A stretch of DNA of 14,254 nucleotides from an uncultured bacterium (lineage in GTDB: Bacteria; Hydrogenedentota; Hydrogenedentia; Hydrogenedentales; JAEUWI01). Location of the stretch: contig CAXBPH010000184.1 in NCBI GenBank assembly GCA_963977445.1, positions 1 to 14,254 of the forward strand, written 5' to 3'. Below the pieces are notes generated by a model. The model saw only the letters and a program-made list of their open reading frames with translations. It did no database searches and was not told the DNA's origin. The translations under genes were made by a program, and so were the position numbers. How positions within the stretch are numbered: position 1 is the first letter of the stretch; each line of letters starts with the position of its first letter. Below, in pieces: positions 1-8,140 of this stretch.

Positions 1-635
1 TCGGTCAGACGGTCGGTTAGATACTCGCCGTCTTCGCCAAAAGGCAGGCCGGGGACATACCGAAATTCACGAACGCCTGCGCTGGTGACGCGCTCCTTCT
101 TGTAGGGGAACCAATAGGTCTGGGGCGCACCCCAGAAACTCGCGCCGACGTTTACGTCGAAGCCCTGGGTCTCGGGGTAGTGGCCCGCATCGCCCAGGTG
201 CCATTTGCCCACATGGGCGGTCTGGTAGCCTGCCTCATGGAGGACCTCGGCGATGGTGGTGTGTTCCAAGGCCAGGGAGGCTTCGGTCTGGGGCGGGGCG
301 AGGGGCTTGTCGCCGGGGCCCTGTTGCCGTTCAATGGCGGCTTCGTGCCAGATGGTCATGTTGAGTCGCGCCGGGTGTTGCCCCGTGAGAATGGCGGCGC
401 GGGTGGGGGTGCACACGGGACTGGCCGAATAGGCGTTGGTGAAGCGTACGCCTTGCGATGCGAGGTGGTCGATGTTGGGGGTCTCGTGCAGGTCGCTGCC
501 ATAGCACGAGGGTCCCGTCCACCCCATGTCATCCACCAGGATGAACAGGATGTTTGGTGGATCTTCGGCGTGGGCAACCAAGGGTGCCACAAGGAGGAGG
601 ATGAGGTAAAGGGGACGCAGAAGATAGGATTTCAT
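1..635 (-). CDS. Secreted formylglycine-dependent sulfatase (arylsulfatase A-like, S1 family), N-terminal part; gene continues off the left edge
   Basis: Not in the ORF track because there is no stop in the window. Manual translation from ATG 635: MKSYLLRPLYLILLLVAPLVAHA|EDPPNILFILVDDMGW...TPNIDHLASQGVRFTNAYSASPVCTPTRAAILTG...GYQTAHVGKWHLG...GFD. It has the PNILFIxxDD, CxPxR, LTG and GKWHL sulfatase motifs, a Sec signal peptide and an upstream GAGAGAGG RBS. Confidence 0.95.
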   Translation of the reverse strand, partial: MKSYLLRPLYLILLLVAPLVAHAEDPPNILFILVDDMGWTGPSCYGSDLHETPNIDHLASQGVRFTNAYSASPVCTPTRAAILTGQHPARLNMTIWHEAAIERQQGPGDKPLAPPQTEASLALEHTTIAEVLHEAGYQTAHVGKWHLGDAGHYPETQGFDVNVGASFWGAPQTYWFPYKKERVTSAGVREFRYVPGLPFGEDGEYLTDRLT

Positions 636-705
636 AATAAAGCCTCTCTCAATAAACAAAAAGTCACAGCACCACCATCATAGCCGAATGAAACCGCGAA
701 TTCCG

Positions 706-714
706 ATTATGACA
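706..714 (-). promoter_or_regulatory. Possible extended -10 promoter for the sulfatase
   Basis: The minus strand reads TGtCATAAT about 70 nt upstream of the sulfatase ATG. No clear -35 box. Confidence 0.3.
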
Positions 715-904
715 AGGCGCACGAACGAGCAGTCGCCATGTGGCCCGTTATTCACGGCCGGTGATTCCGTCCCATTGGTCTAAATAAGCGAAGATAGACC
801 TCGATCCAATCCAGTTCGTTAGTTTCAGCAGTGCACGCAAACTCCTACAAAAGGCCAACGCACTGGCAGCTTAACCACTATCACCTAAAAGCAGCCTTTG
901 ACAA

Positions 905-1006
905 TTGGGAGCGCAGGCGGCCCGCCTGCATTACGTCGAAGACGTAACTTCGGCCCGATGCAGGCGGGCCGTCCTTCATCGGCGCGTCCGAGTCCTGCGC
1001 TCCCAA
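905..1006. repeat. REPIN-like inverted pair of palindromic REP units with a central GAA hairpin
   Basis: TTGGGAGCGCAGGCGGCCCGCCTGCAT (905-931) is the reverse complement of ATGCAGGCGGGCCG (958-971) plus CCTGCGCTCCCAA (994-1006), with a 22-nt interruption in the right arm. The spacer carries the hairpin TTACGTC-GAA-GACGTAA (931-947). Confidence 0.75.
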
Positions 1007-1067
1007 GCTCCAAGTCTGGAACCTGGAAACCAAGTAACTTGGAAAATGCCCGAGATGAATATTCGCT

Positions 1068-1402
1068 TAATCAGCAACCACCGGCAGAGCCGGGGGTATG
1101 AGGAAAGCCCGGGCAACGGGGCTGTTAAGTCCACGAAGTGGGCGAAATATCGTAGCCCAGCGGCGAGCGTAGCGAGTCCTGGGTTTTGGTCGACACACGC
1201 CGATACGAGTCCCAGCGGGGCGACATAGGGCGCGAGTTGGGTCCCATCTCCGAAAATTCTATGCCGCCCCTCTGGGGCTAAGAGCGCTTCGACCGCCCTA
1301 TTCTGCAACACGGCAAAAATTACGCTGCTTGAGCTAACCGTAGAAGAACTCGACGGAACGGCAGAGCCCGATGAATTCTCACCGGCAGAGCCGGTGGATT
1401 AA
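1068..1402 (-). mobile_element. Probable non-autonomous IS200/IS605-type remnant (two end hairpins, no tnpA)
   Basis: Two same-orientation hairpins share CACCGGCAGAGCCGG (1079-1093 and 1380-1394), 301 bp apart. The minus strand reads TTAATCCACCGGCTCTGCCGGTGAG... at one end and ...GCCCCGTTGCCCGGGCT...CCCCCGGCTCTGCCGGTGGTTGCTGATT at the other. This resembles IS200/IS605 subterminal hairpins from recall. Boundaries are approximate. Confidence 0.5.
1128..1279. repeat. REP-like composite palindromic element
   Basis: AGTCCCAGCGGGGCGACATAG (1208-1228) and CTATGCCGCCCCTCTGGGGCT (1259-1279) are inverted repeats (18/21). A degenerate direct copy lies at 1128-1150 and a CCCAG...CTGGG hairpin at about 1155-1183. 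Confidence 0.6.
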
Positions 1403-1409
1403 CTGTGAT

Positions 1410-2369
1410 TTAGTTCCGGTAGGCCTTATGGCACTGGCTGCAGGACTCTTTCAGTGCAGAGAATGCCGCCGTAGCATCTTCGTTTTCTTTCTCCTTCAGG
1501 GCGACTTTCAATTGATTGGCCACTCCCTCGGCCTCGCTGAGCCACGTGACAAATCGGGTGTCGTGATCGGTGCTCAGGTTGCGGGCGGATTCCCGCAGGC
1601 CTTCCCAGACCAGGAGGGCTTCCTGATGGGGCACCAGGTCGGGGTGATTCGCCGGGCGTTGCCATTGGTTGTCACTGCACAACTTGAGGTGATCATAGGC
1701 CCGGTCTATTTTGGCCATGGCCGCAGCGAGGGACTCGATGGTGGCCTGTTCTACCAATTCCGGGAGAGGAATACTGTCATCGGGCACCTGATAGTTCTCC
1801 ACATCACGCCAGAGTCCGACGTAATCTTGGCTCGTGCCCGCCGCTTCGAGGATGGCCAGGGCCCCTGCGGCGTCGGTGTCTCCCGTTGCCATGCACGTGA
1901 TGGCGGCGGCAGCAGGACCGCGATGTTTCCCGTGGTGGCAATGGACGTATAACGGCGTTTTCGCTTCCTGGGCGAGTCGGGCGAAGGAATTGCCGGCCTG
2001 TTCATCGATACCATCATAGCCAATGGGAATGTGGACATAACGAAGGCCATACTTTTTGGCGCGGGCCAGATCGGGCTGGGCACCATCCACGCTGACGATG
2101 GTTTTTATGCCCAGTTTTTCCAGACTGGCGAAGGCTTCGTCCCCGTGGGGTTCGCCGCCCGAGTAGAGGGTGTCGGTGATTTGGAGTAGATTATGGAGGG
2201 CAGGATAATCGGCCTGGGTAGGCCCGTTTTTCGGCAGCAGGTTAGAGGACGTCTCCGTGGGCGCGTCACCCTCTTTGGGCGACGCATTTTTTTGTGGCAC
2301 GCAGCCGGAGGAGGCCCAAGCCAGTCCCAATACCGTTAAAAAAACAAAGCCGATGCGATAGATACCCAT
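1410..2369 (-). CDS. Probable lipoprotein: CX5R phosphatase/sulfurtransferase-like domain fused to a C-terminal cytochrome c'-like heme c domain
   Basis: Start reassigned to ATG 2369 (GAAGGGG RBS). MGIYRIGFVFLTVLGLAWASSGC is a lipoprotein-like signal. LYSGGEP, LGIKTIVSVD, GLRYVHIPI and PLYVHCHHGKHRG mark the PTP/DSP/DUF442-like fold (C-X5-R). The helical C-terminal domain ends ...ALKESCSQCHKAYRN, a C-terminal CxxCH typical of class II cytochromes c. Confidence 0.85.
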   Translation of the reverse strand: MGIYRIGFVFLTVLGLAWASSGCVPQKNASPKEGDAPTETSSNLLPKNGPTQADYPALHNLLQITDTLYSGGEPHGDEAFASLEKLGIKTIVSVDGAQPDLARAKKYGLRYVHIPIGYDGIDEQAGNSFARLAQEAKTPLYVHCHHGKHRGPAAAAITCMATGDTDAAGALAILEAAGTSQDYVGLWRDVENYQVPDDSIPLPELVEQATIESLAAAMAKIDRAYDHLKLCSDNQWQRPANHPDLVPHQEALLVWEGLRESARNLSTDHDTRFVTWLSEAEGVANQLKVALKEKENEDATAAFSALKESCSQCHKAYRN

Positions 2370-2415
2370 AGAATTCCCCTTCTGCCTGGCGGACAGCCTT
2401 ATGTCCACGGACGTT

Positions 2416-2444
2416 AGGATAATATTCCGCCTGCATTGATTCAA
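2416..2444 (-). promoter_or_regulatory. Sigma70-type promoter for the phosphatase-cytochrome gene
   Basis: TTGAAT (2444-2439), 17-nt spacer, TATCCT (2421-2416), about 46 nt upstream of ATG 2369. Confidence 0.5.
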
Positions 2445-2592
2445 GTTCGGGAGATTGGGGGACCAGACTTAATAACTACGCGCAACAACCGACGGTCCAC
2501 CTTTTTCGTGGCCCCCTCGGCGTGCCACCCGATCGCGCTCGGTTTTCAGGGCAGACAAATTGAGTCATCGCGTTGTTGGTAATCAGGTTCAA

Positions 2593-2650
2593 AAGCTGTA
2601 CGTCCTGTAGGAAGCGTTCGGGTGCCTTGAGCCCGGAGGACGGACAGCTT
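2593..2650. repeat. Degenerate REP-like inverted repeat
   Basis: AAGCTGTACGTCCT (2593-2606) and AGGACGGACAGCTT (2637-2650) are 13/14 complementary. The context AGCCCGGAGGACGGACAG...GTAGC loosely resembles the element at 1128-1279. Confidence 0.4.
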
Positions 2651-2874
2651 GGTAGCACGTCACCGTAGCCGAGTGTACTCATCCATCCCTCGGACAGCGC
2701 TCGAGAACAAGGCTGCTTTATGAGACCCGGCGAGTCCACCACGACCGTGCTCGACTACGCGCCCAGCCGGACAGAACCAATGAAGACAGCGACATCACCG
2801 ACTTGTTGCACTTGGACCTTGAACCTAACCTGGTGCGGTAGTGAGTTTTCGATTCCGGGACCGGGTTTTGACCC

Positions 2875-5800
2875 TTACCACGTGGATACCTGTGGAATCT
2901 CAATCTGGTCCCCTGGCCCGACATTCACAATCCAGGCGTCCTGGCCTATGGCGAATGGCCCGGCATCGGGGTGGGGGCTTACATATTCGAGGGTATCACC
3001 GTTTACCCGGGTCAGGGGGACGAATGTGCTGAAGGCCTCATCGCACGCATGAGTGCCATCATACACGGGGGCGAAGGAGAGTCCCGTGGCGGTCGTTAAG
3101 CCGGTTTCCGTCACGCCCGCAATACGAACGCGTCCCACCCGGAGATCGTCTTTGCAGGTCATGACGAAGCCCTCGGGAGTCGCTTCGACGGATTGTATGG
3201 GATGGGCCGTGCGCCGCTGTGGGTTCACGAAATGGGCGATTTTCCCGGGCAAGGCCGAGAGTACCGAATCCGCCTTTTCGCAGGTTACGTAAATTTGACC
3301 CGCAACCGGGTCAACCCGGGTAACCGTGCCGGTGATAGTGGGCAACAGGGTGCGTCGTTCTTCGCCTGCGAGGGCGTAGGTGCCACCAACGGACCACTGA
3401 TGAATGAGCGCGCCGTCGCGAAACCGAAAAATGGCCAGGAGCGCGTCGGTCTCGATGGCTTCTTCACTAAGCCCCATCGCTGTGTCGCCCTGGTTAATGA
3501 AGATGACATCGCGGTGTGCTGTCCCCATGGGGTCGTTCCAGGTAACTTCAATGGCACGTCCCACACCCGTTGCGAGCGTGCGTAGTTGCTGGGATTGGGT
3601 CCAGGGGTTTCCCTGGCTGGGCTCGATGACCGACGTAAATTCGGAACGCAGGTTTTCGCCGGTATTGCGTGCGATGAAAAAGTCGAGGAGAGTCTTTTGT
3701 TTTACCGGTGAAATCTGGGCTTGGGCGTGAATAAACTCCTGTGGTCCCTCCAGAAGGCCGATCTTGAGTTCGGCGTTTTCGTATTTCTGATGCTTCCACT
3801 GCCCATCGGCCTTGCCCTCTACCAGTCGTTTGACGTTTTGAAGGTGCTGAAATCCGGAGCCACGGTAGTTGGCATAACTCCCGGTGAATCCTTCTGCAGC
3901 AAGGGGGAGATCGTCGTAGATATAACCCAGGGGCACCTCCGGGCCTGCCAGCGTTCCCGCCGCCGGGTCGGACCAATTTCCGTCTAATGCTTCAAAGTTA
4001 CCGGGTGCACCATGAATGCTGTAGTCATGCTGGGAGCCGCCGACCACCGTGAAGTGATCGACTGCGTAGGCGTGGGTATCGTCCATATCGATGAGAAGCA
4101 TACGGCGTCGGTATTCACTTGTCTGGGGATAAGTGCGGGCCGCATCGATATCGAGGGCGCGGGCAAAACCACCGTCTACAAACAGGTTTGTCGTGCCGGG
4201 ATAGTTGTGCGTTTGACGGCTGGCGTCGACCGTAACGGTGTTGTGGGAAATCGTGTTTTTGCTCCAGGTGAAAATCCCGGGCACGTAGGCGTTCATGAAA
4301 TCGGGATAGCCCGAGTCAGGCATCATAACGGTGTCATTGGCGAATAGTTCAAAGCTGAGTCGATCATAGTGGCCATGGCCGCCCTTGTAGCCATAGTAGA
4401 GGGCCAGGGAGACGGTGTTGGAGGGGTTATTCAGGATGGCCATGCCATAGCCGTCCATCAGGCGCGAGGTGACCGGTGACTTCGTCTCCGTGTGGCCGTC
4501 GACCACCGGCAGAAAAAGACTTTCAAAGCGCCGGATACCGGCTTCTCCCGTGGCGTTAAAGGATTGGAGAAAATCGCGATACCGCTCATCACCCAGGGCC
4601 CGCCAGGCACTTTGGAATACAAAGGAATCGGCACCTATGAGGCCACCGTCCACCGAACTACTGTCCCCAAGAGCGGGCGTGAATTTGTCCGCGTTGATGA
4701 CATCGAGAACACCCTCATAGAGACGCCGCATTTTGGAAAGGGCGAAAACATCGTAGTCGGCCCGCCTGAGGGCATCGGCCACGACGGTAATGTTCTCTAC
4801 CCAGGAAAAGTTGTAGCCGGGCGACGTCTCATAGGGTGGCCCATCACGATAGACGAGGTTGTAGAGGGCGTAGTTGAGCCCGGTAGACCGGTCGGAGGAC
4901 CCGGCATCGTCGAGCAGGCCACCAAACCATTCGTCCTGCTTACCATATTGACGGGCGAGTCCGGCGTAGACGAGGGCTTTCTGGTGCATGCCGAAATTCC
5001 CATCTACTTTTCCCGAGAAATAGGCGTCGATACCGTCTTCCAGGAGATTGGCCTCGATATTGGCGCGGACCGCTTCGCCGGTCTTACCCGGGACGGCGGA
5101 ATCGTCGATAGCGTCCCACACGTAATCATAGGATTCGGCGAGCATGGTCAGGACCAGGGTGGCCCAGATATGATTAATTATTTTGCCTTCGTAGCGGGCC
5201 CCGTTGGCGGCCTGAAGCTGGCCATAGCGCGATTGGCCGTGGTAATCCATATTGGGATAGACCTCGGCGATGCGGTCTAGCATGACAATGGCCTTGTGGG
5301 CATAGGTGGGGTCGCCGGTGAGGATGTAGGCGCGGGCGAGATACTGAACGGCAGGAATAACATGGTTGCGCCAGATCCAATGGTTGGCATAGGCCACGAA
5401 CCAGTAGCGCTCACCATTGGGGCCGACCCATCCCCAGCCATCGTCGGCGTAGTCGCCCGTGAGGAGGGTTTTGTCGTTGAGTTCGGAATTATAGTACCCG
5501 TTGTAGTCGTTGCTGGGATAGACACTGCCGTCTACGGGGCATTTCACCTTGAAGGGAATTTTGGGATCGATGATCCAGGGGTAGGTGCCGCCTTTGGCGT
5601 ATATTTCCTGGCCACACTTGGGGCAGCCCGCCGTGCCCACATTGAAGGCCCGGGGAACGTCGGCCGTGGGAATGATGGCGCGGAGGGCGTCGTCTTCCCA
5701 GGCGACCCACGCGTCGGCACGGGTGATGATGGTGTCCGCAATGCCCTGGGCCGTGGGATATTGCGCCATGTTTTCTTTGGCGACGGCGATTTCTTCATCG

Positions 5801-5928
5801 TTGAGCAGCATGCGCTGGGTCTTCAGCGGGAATTGGGGCGTGCGGGTTTTCGGGGCCATGAGTTCGGCGGCCACGGGCAAGGATAGTGAAAAAGCAAGGG
5901 AGGCCGCGACGGCCCATCGAAACAACAT
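2875..5928 (-). CDS. Secreted heparinase II/III-like polysaccharide lyase family protein (~1017 aa)
   Basis: Long ORF. Start reassigned to ATG 5928 (TGGAG RBS; signal peptide MLFRWAVAASLAFSLSLPVAA). It has an alpha-helical region (LARAYILTGDPTYAHKA), DGPPYETSPGYN, and heparinase II/III-type motifs GHGHYDRLSFELFA, PDSGYP and WSKNTISHNTVTVD. Confidence 0.85.
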   Translation of the reverse strand: MLFRWAVAASLAFSLSLPVAAELMAPKTRTPQFPLKTQRMLLNDEEIAVAKENMAQYPTAQGIADTIITRADAWVAWEDDALRAIIPTADVPRAFNVGTAGCPKCGQEIYAKGGTYPWIIDPKIPFKVKCPVDGSVYPSNDYNGYYNSELNDKTLLTGDYADDGWGWVGPNGERYWFVAYANHWIWRNHVIPAVQYLARAYILTGDPTYAHKAIVMLDRIAEVYPNMDYHGQSRYGQLQAANGARYEGKIINHIWATLVLTMLAESYDYVWDAIDDSAVPGKTGEAVRANIEANLLEDGIDAYFSGKVDGNFGMHQKALVYAGLARQYGKQDEWFGGLLDDAGSSDRSTGLNYALYNLVYRDGPPYETSPGYNFSWVENITVVADALRRADYDVFALSKMRRLYEGVLDVINADKFTPALGDSSSVDGGLIGADSFVFQSAWRALGDERYRDFLQSFNATGEAGIRRFESLFLPVVDGHTETKSPVTSRLMDGYGMAILNNPSNTVSLALYYGYKGGHGHYDRLSFELFANDTVMMPDSGYPDFMNAYVPGIFTWSKNTISHNTVTVDASRQTHNYPGTTNLFVDGGFARALDIDAARTYPQTSEYRRRMLLIDMDDTHAYAVDHFTVVGGSQHDYSIHGAPGNFEALDGNWSDPAAGTLAGPEVPLGYIYDDLPLAAEGFTGSYANYRGSGFQHLQNVKRLVEGKADGQWKHQKYENAELKIGLLEGPQEFIHAQAQISPVKQKTLLDFFIARNTGENLRSEFTSVIEPSQGNPWTQSQQLRTLATGVGRAIEVTWNDPMGTAHRDVIFINQGDTAMGLSEEAIETDALLAIFRFRDGALIHQWSVGGTYALAGEERRTLLPTITGTVTRVDPVAGQIYVTCEKADSVLSALPGKIAHFVNPQRRTAHPIQSVEATPEGFVMTCKDDLRVGRVRIAGVTETGLTTATGLSFAPVYDGTHACDEAFSTFVPLTRVNGDTLEYVSPHPDAGPFAIGQDAWIVNVGPGDQIEIPQVSTW

Positions 5929-6085
5929 GGTAAAACTCCATTCGATTGAAAAGGGGCGACGAACGTTGTGTCGTCGTTCCCAACAGCATACACGGCGAGA
6001 CGCGGGGAGTAGTAGGGGAATGTTCACCACGGTTCATGGGGATGGATTCTGTTTTTTACCACGAAAGAACGGAGCAAAGGGGGGT

Positions 6086-6255
6086 AGGCATTCCTGCCTG
6101 ACACAAAAGGCATGTGAACCTTCACAGCCCCATTAGCGCCATGAAAACGCGACGGCGAAGGCCAAAACAAAAGACTTCTAAAATTCACCATCGGCGGAAC
6201 GGCATCACGGGCCTCTTGAAGCGCATCGTGGGCCTTGTCTCAGGCAGGAATGCCT
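6086..6255. repeat. REPIN-like inverted repeat pair
   Basis: AGGCATTCCTGCCTGA (6086-6101) and TCAGGCAGGAATGCCT (6240-6255) form a perfect 16-bp inverted repeat. Each arm is itself a small AGGCA...TGCCT hairpin, and the spacer is 138 bp. Confidence 0.7.
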
Positions 6256-6308
6256 GAGCTCCTGTTGGTCAACGTCTTGCTTGGGCTCTCTTGTTTTCTG
6301 TTCTGCAT

Positions 6309-6807
6309 TGTTCCATCCTGTTTATCTTGTAAATCCTGTCGATAGATAGTCTTTCAGCGTGTTTTGTAGGAGAAGTGGTCGATTTGTTTTTTGGACATGA
6401 TTGACAGGATGAATTCCGGTGCTGTCCCTTTGTGCGTGAGGAGGTGTTGAGCCACGAACGCACGCTAATTTACACGAATATTATTGGCCGCAAAAGAACG
6501 CAGAGAACGCAGAGAGTAGTTTTCTTTGCGCTCTTTGCGTTCCTTCGTGGCTAAAAACTGTCCCTGTGCGCTTAGTGTTGACGAAACTTTAGGACCGAAA
6601 TAATCGGGTCGAATAGGGTGAACAACTCCACACGAGTTCTGTTGCCTAAGTAACTTTTGCAGAATATGCTACAGAATAAAGAGCAAAACATCTTTCCAGA
6701 AAAACAAAGAATTTCCGGATAGTCGTACGAATCTTCACGAATAGAGTTTTTGTTCCATCCTGTTCATCATGTAAATCCTGTTCAAAGATAGTTTCTCAGC
6801 GTATTTT
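6309..6807. repeat. Cluster of 9-nt-period short repeats arranged as direct and inverted pairs
   Basis: A 57-bp direct repeat at 6309-6365 and 6751-6807 (49/57; core ATCCTGTTT-ATCTTGTAA-ATCCTGTC) with an inverted partial copy at 6394-6413. A 30-bp-arm hairpin at 6486-6515/6523-6552 is built on AACGCAGAG units. CACGAAT-type repeats lie at about 6450-6479 and 6726-6742. Confidence 0.7.
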
Positions 6808-6901
6808 AAACGTGGCGTTGAGTAAACCCACAGCCCCCTTTGAGACAATTATCTATCGCCCAAGTCGCCAGGATCAGGTGACTCTCATGAAACACCACAG
6901 C

Positions 6902-8110
6902 CTATTTCCTGGTGATTTGTCCGATTAAGAAGTAGTTGTAGTGGGTGCCATGGGGGCCTTCGGCTCCGAGGACGTAGATGGTGTCGCCAAGTATGACTAC
7001 ACCGGGGTCATTGAATACCGCACCGGGCGGCAGGGCACCATTGACCTGCATCCAGCGGTCGCTTTCCATGTCGTAGGCGACGCACAGGTCAGACCAGATA
7101 AGGTCTTCGTCCTTCCCGGATGCCGGGCGGACTACCCCACCGACGTTGATGGCGTAGCGATGCTGGTAGGTCGCGCCTTCCCAGCCGGAGATGGGCAAGG
7201 GGGGCGGCGTGTGGGTGGTCCAGGTGTTGGTGTCGGGGTGGTAACGGAGGGTTTCGGGTGTGGGGACGACGGTGTTGGATTCGTTCCAGGTAATGCCGCC
7301 AAATAGATAAAGCGTGTCCTTGTTAACGGTGGACGCACACCAGCCCCGTGGGGCCCCTGGGATTGGTGTCAACTCGCGCCAGTCCCCCGATTGCTGCGCG
7401 CTGAGAAGCCCTTCCGCCGTGCCGCGAATGGTGGCATGGCTGTATCCTTTCTCTACCCAGTCATAGGCGTTTCCCCCCATGATGAGTACCTGCCCGCCGG
7501 CATAGCCCACGGACATGTGTGTGCGGGGAACATTGAGTGTAGGGAGCACTGTCCAGGTTCCTTTGGGGCCATCGTTGGGGTCGAAGACGGCACAATCACC
7601 GTGGACGCGGTAGGGTGGGGTTTCTCCTTTGTATTGGCACCCACCACCCGCGAGGTACACCTTACCTTCGGCCGCAACGGCGCGGACGTATTCGCGGCGG
7701 AAAGGGGCGTCAGCCAACTGGGTCCAGGTTTTGTCTTTGGTGTCATAGGACCACATGGAGCGGGATGTGCGGTTGCTCGTGGTTTCATCGGTGCCATCAC
7801 TGCCGGGGATAAAGCCGCCAACGACGTAGATGATGCCGTCGATCTCGACCATTCCCGTTCCGCTGATGCCCTCGTAGGGGCCTTCTCCAACCCAGGGGAG
7901 TTGGGTAGTCGTCCATGAAATCGTTCCAAATTCGGGTAGCGTCGAAATCTGCTCCGGTATGCGTTCGGAGAGTGGCGCGGTGAAGGTCCTGCCTTCTTTG
8001 GGTTGGGCGCGGGGCACCTGGGCTTGGGCAATCGAGAGGCCGAACACGGGAAGGAGGGAAAAAAGTGCGGCGGTATGGCGCACGGTGCGGATGGCTTTCA
8101 CAAGATTCAC
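6902..8110 (-). CDS. Secreted Kelch-repeat beta-propeller protein
   Basis: 402-aa ORF with a GTG start, GGAG RBS and signal peptide. Repeated Kelch motifs: IYVVGG, VYLAGG, VLIMGG, LYLFGG, INVGG, IYVLG, most followed by YD...W. Confidence 0.88.
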   Translation of the reverse strand: MNLVKAIRTVRHTAALFSLLPVFGLSIAQAQVPRAQPKEGRTFTAPLSERIPEQISTLPEFGTISWTTTQLPWVGEGPYEGISGTGMVEIDGIIYVVGGFIPGSDGTDETTSNRTSRSMWSYDTKDKTWTQLADAPFRREYVRAVAAEGKVYLAGGGCQYKGETPPYRVHGDCAVFDPNDGPKGTWTVLPTLNVPRTHMSVGYAGGQVLIMGGNAYDWVEKGYSHATIRGTAEGLLSAQQSGDWRELTPIPGAPRGWCASTVNKDTLYLFGGITWNESNTVVPTPETLRYHPDTNTWTTHTPPPLPISGWEGATYQHRYAINVGGVVRPASGKDEDLIWSDLCVAYDMESDRWMQVNGALPPGAVFNDPGVVILGDTIYVLGAEGPHGTHYNYFLIGQITRK

Positions 8111-8140
8111 GTTGAGGTCTCCGAGGTCTGGATAAAAAGG

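Noticed and set aside
180..683. 167-aa + strand ORF and other ORFs over 150-680
   Set aside because: These are antisense or alternative-frame shadows of the sulfatase, which has clear family motifs.
898..1311. ORFs 898-1101, 905-1228 and 976-1311 as real genes or a tnpA
   Set aside because: They lie on GC-rich palindromic repeats and have no HUH or other recognisable motif.
888..2719. 11-bp inverted match AAAGCAGCCTT (888-898) / AAGGCTGCTTT (2709-2719) as transposon ends around the cytochrome-fusion gene
   Set aside because: Matches this short are expected by chance in 14 kb, and I saw no target-site duplication or transposase.
2476..2870. Small genes or an ncRNA between the lyase and cytochrome-fusion genes
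   Set aside because: I found no recognisable protein, riboswitch or RNA-family motif, only a degenerate inverted repeat.
5929..6030. Longer N-termini in the ORF track for the lyase (6030), cytochrome fusion (2444), LacI (9352) and DUF1593 (12899) genes
   Set aside because: The downstream ATGs have an RBS or promoter context and put the signal peptide or HTH at the N-terminus. Several extensions overlap promoters or operators.
3053..6136. Many + strand ORFs up to 262 aa opposite the lyase, and similar ones opposite other genes
   Set aside because: They are antisense shadow ORFs typical of GC-rich coding DNA.
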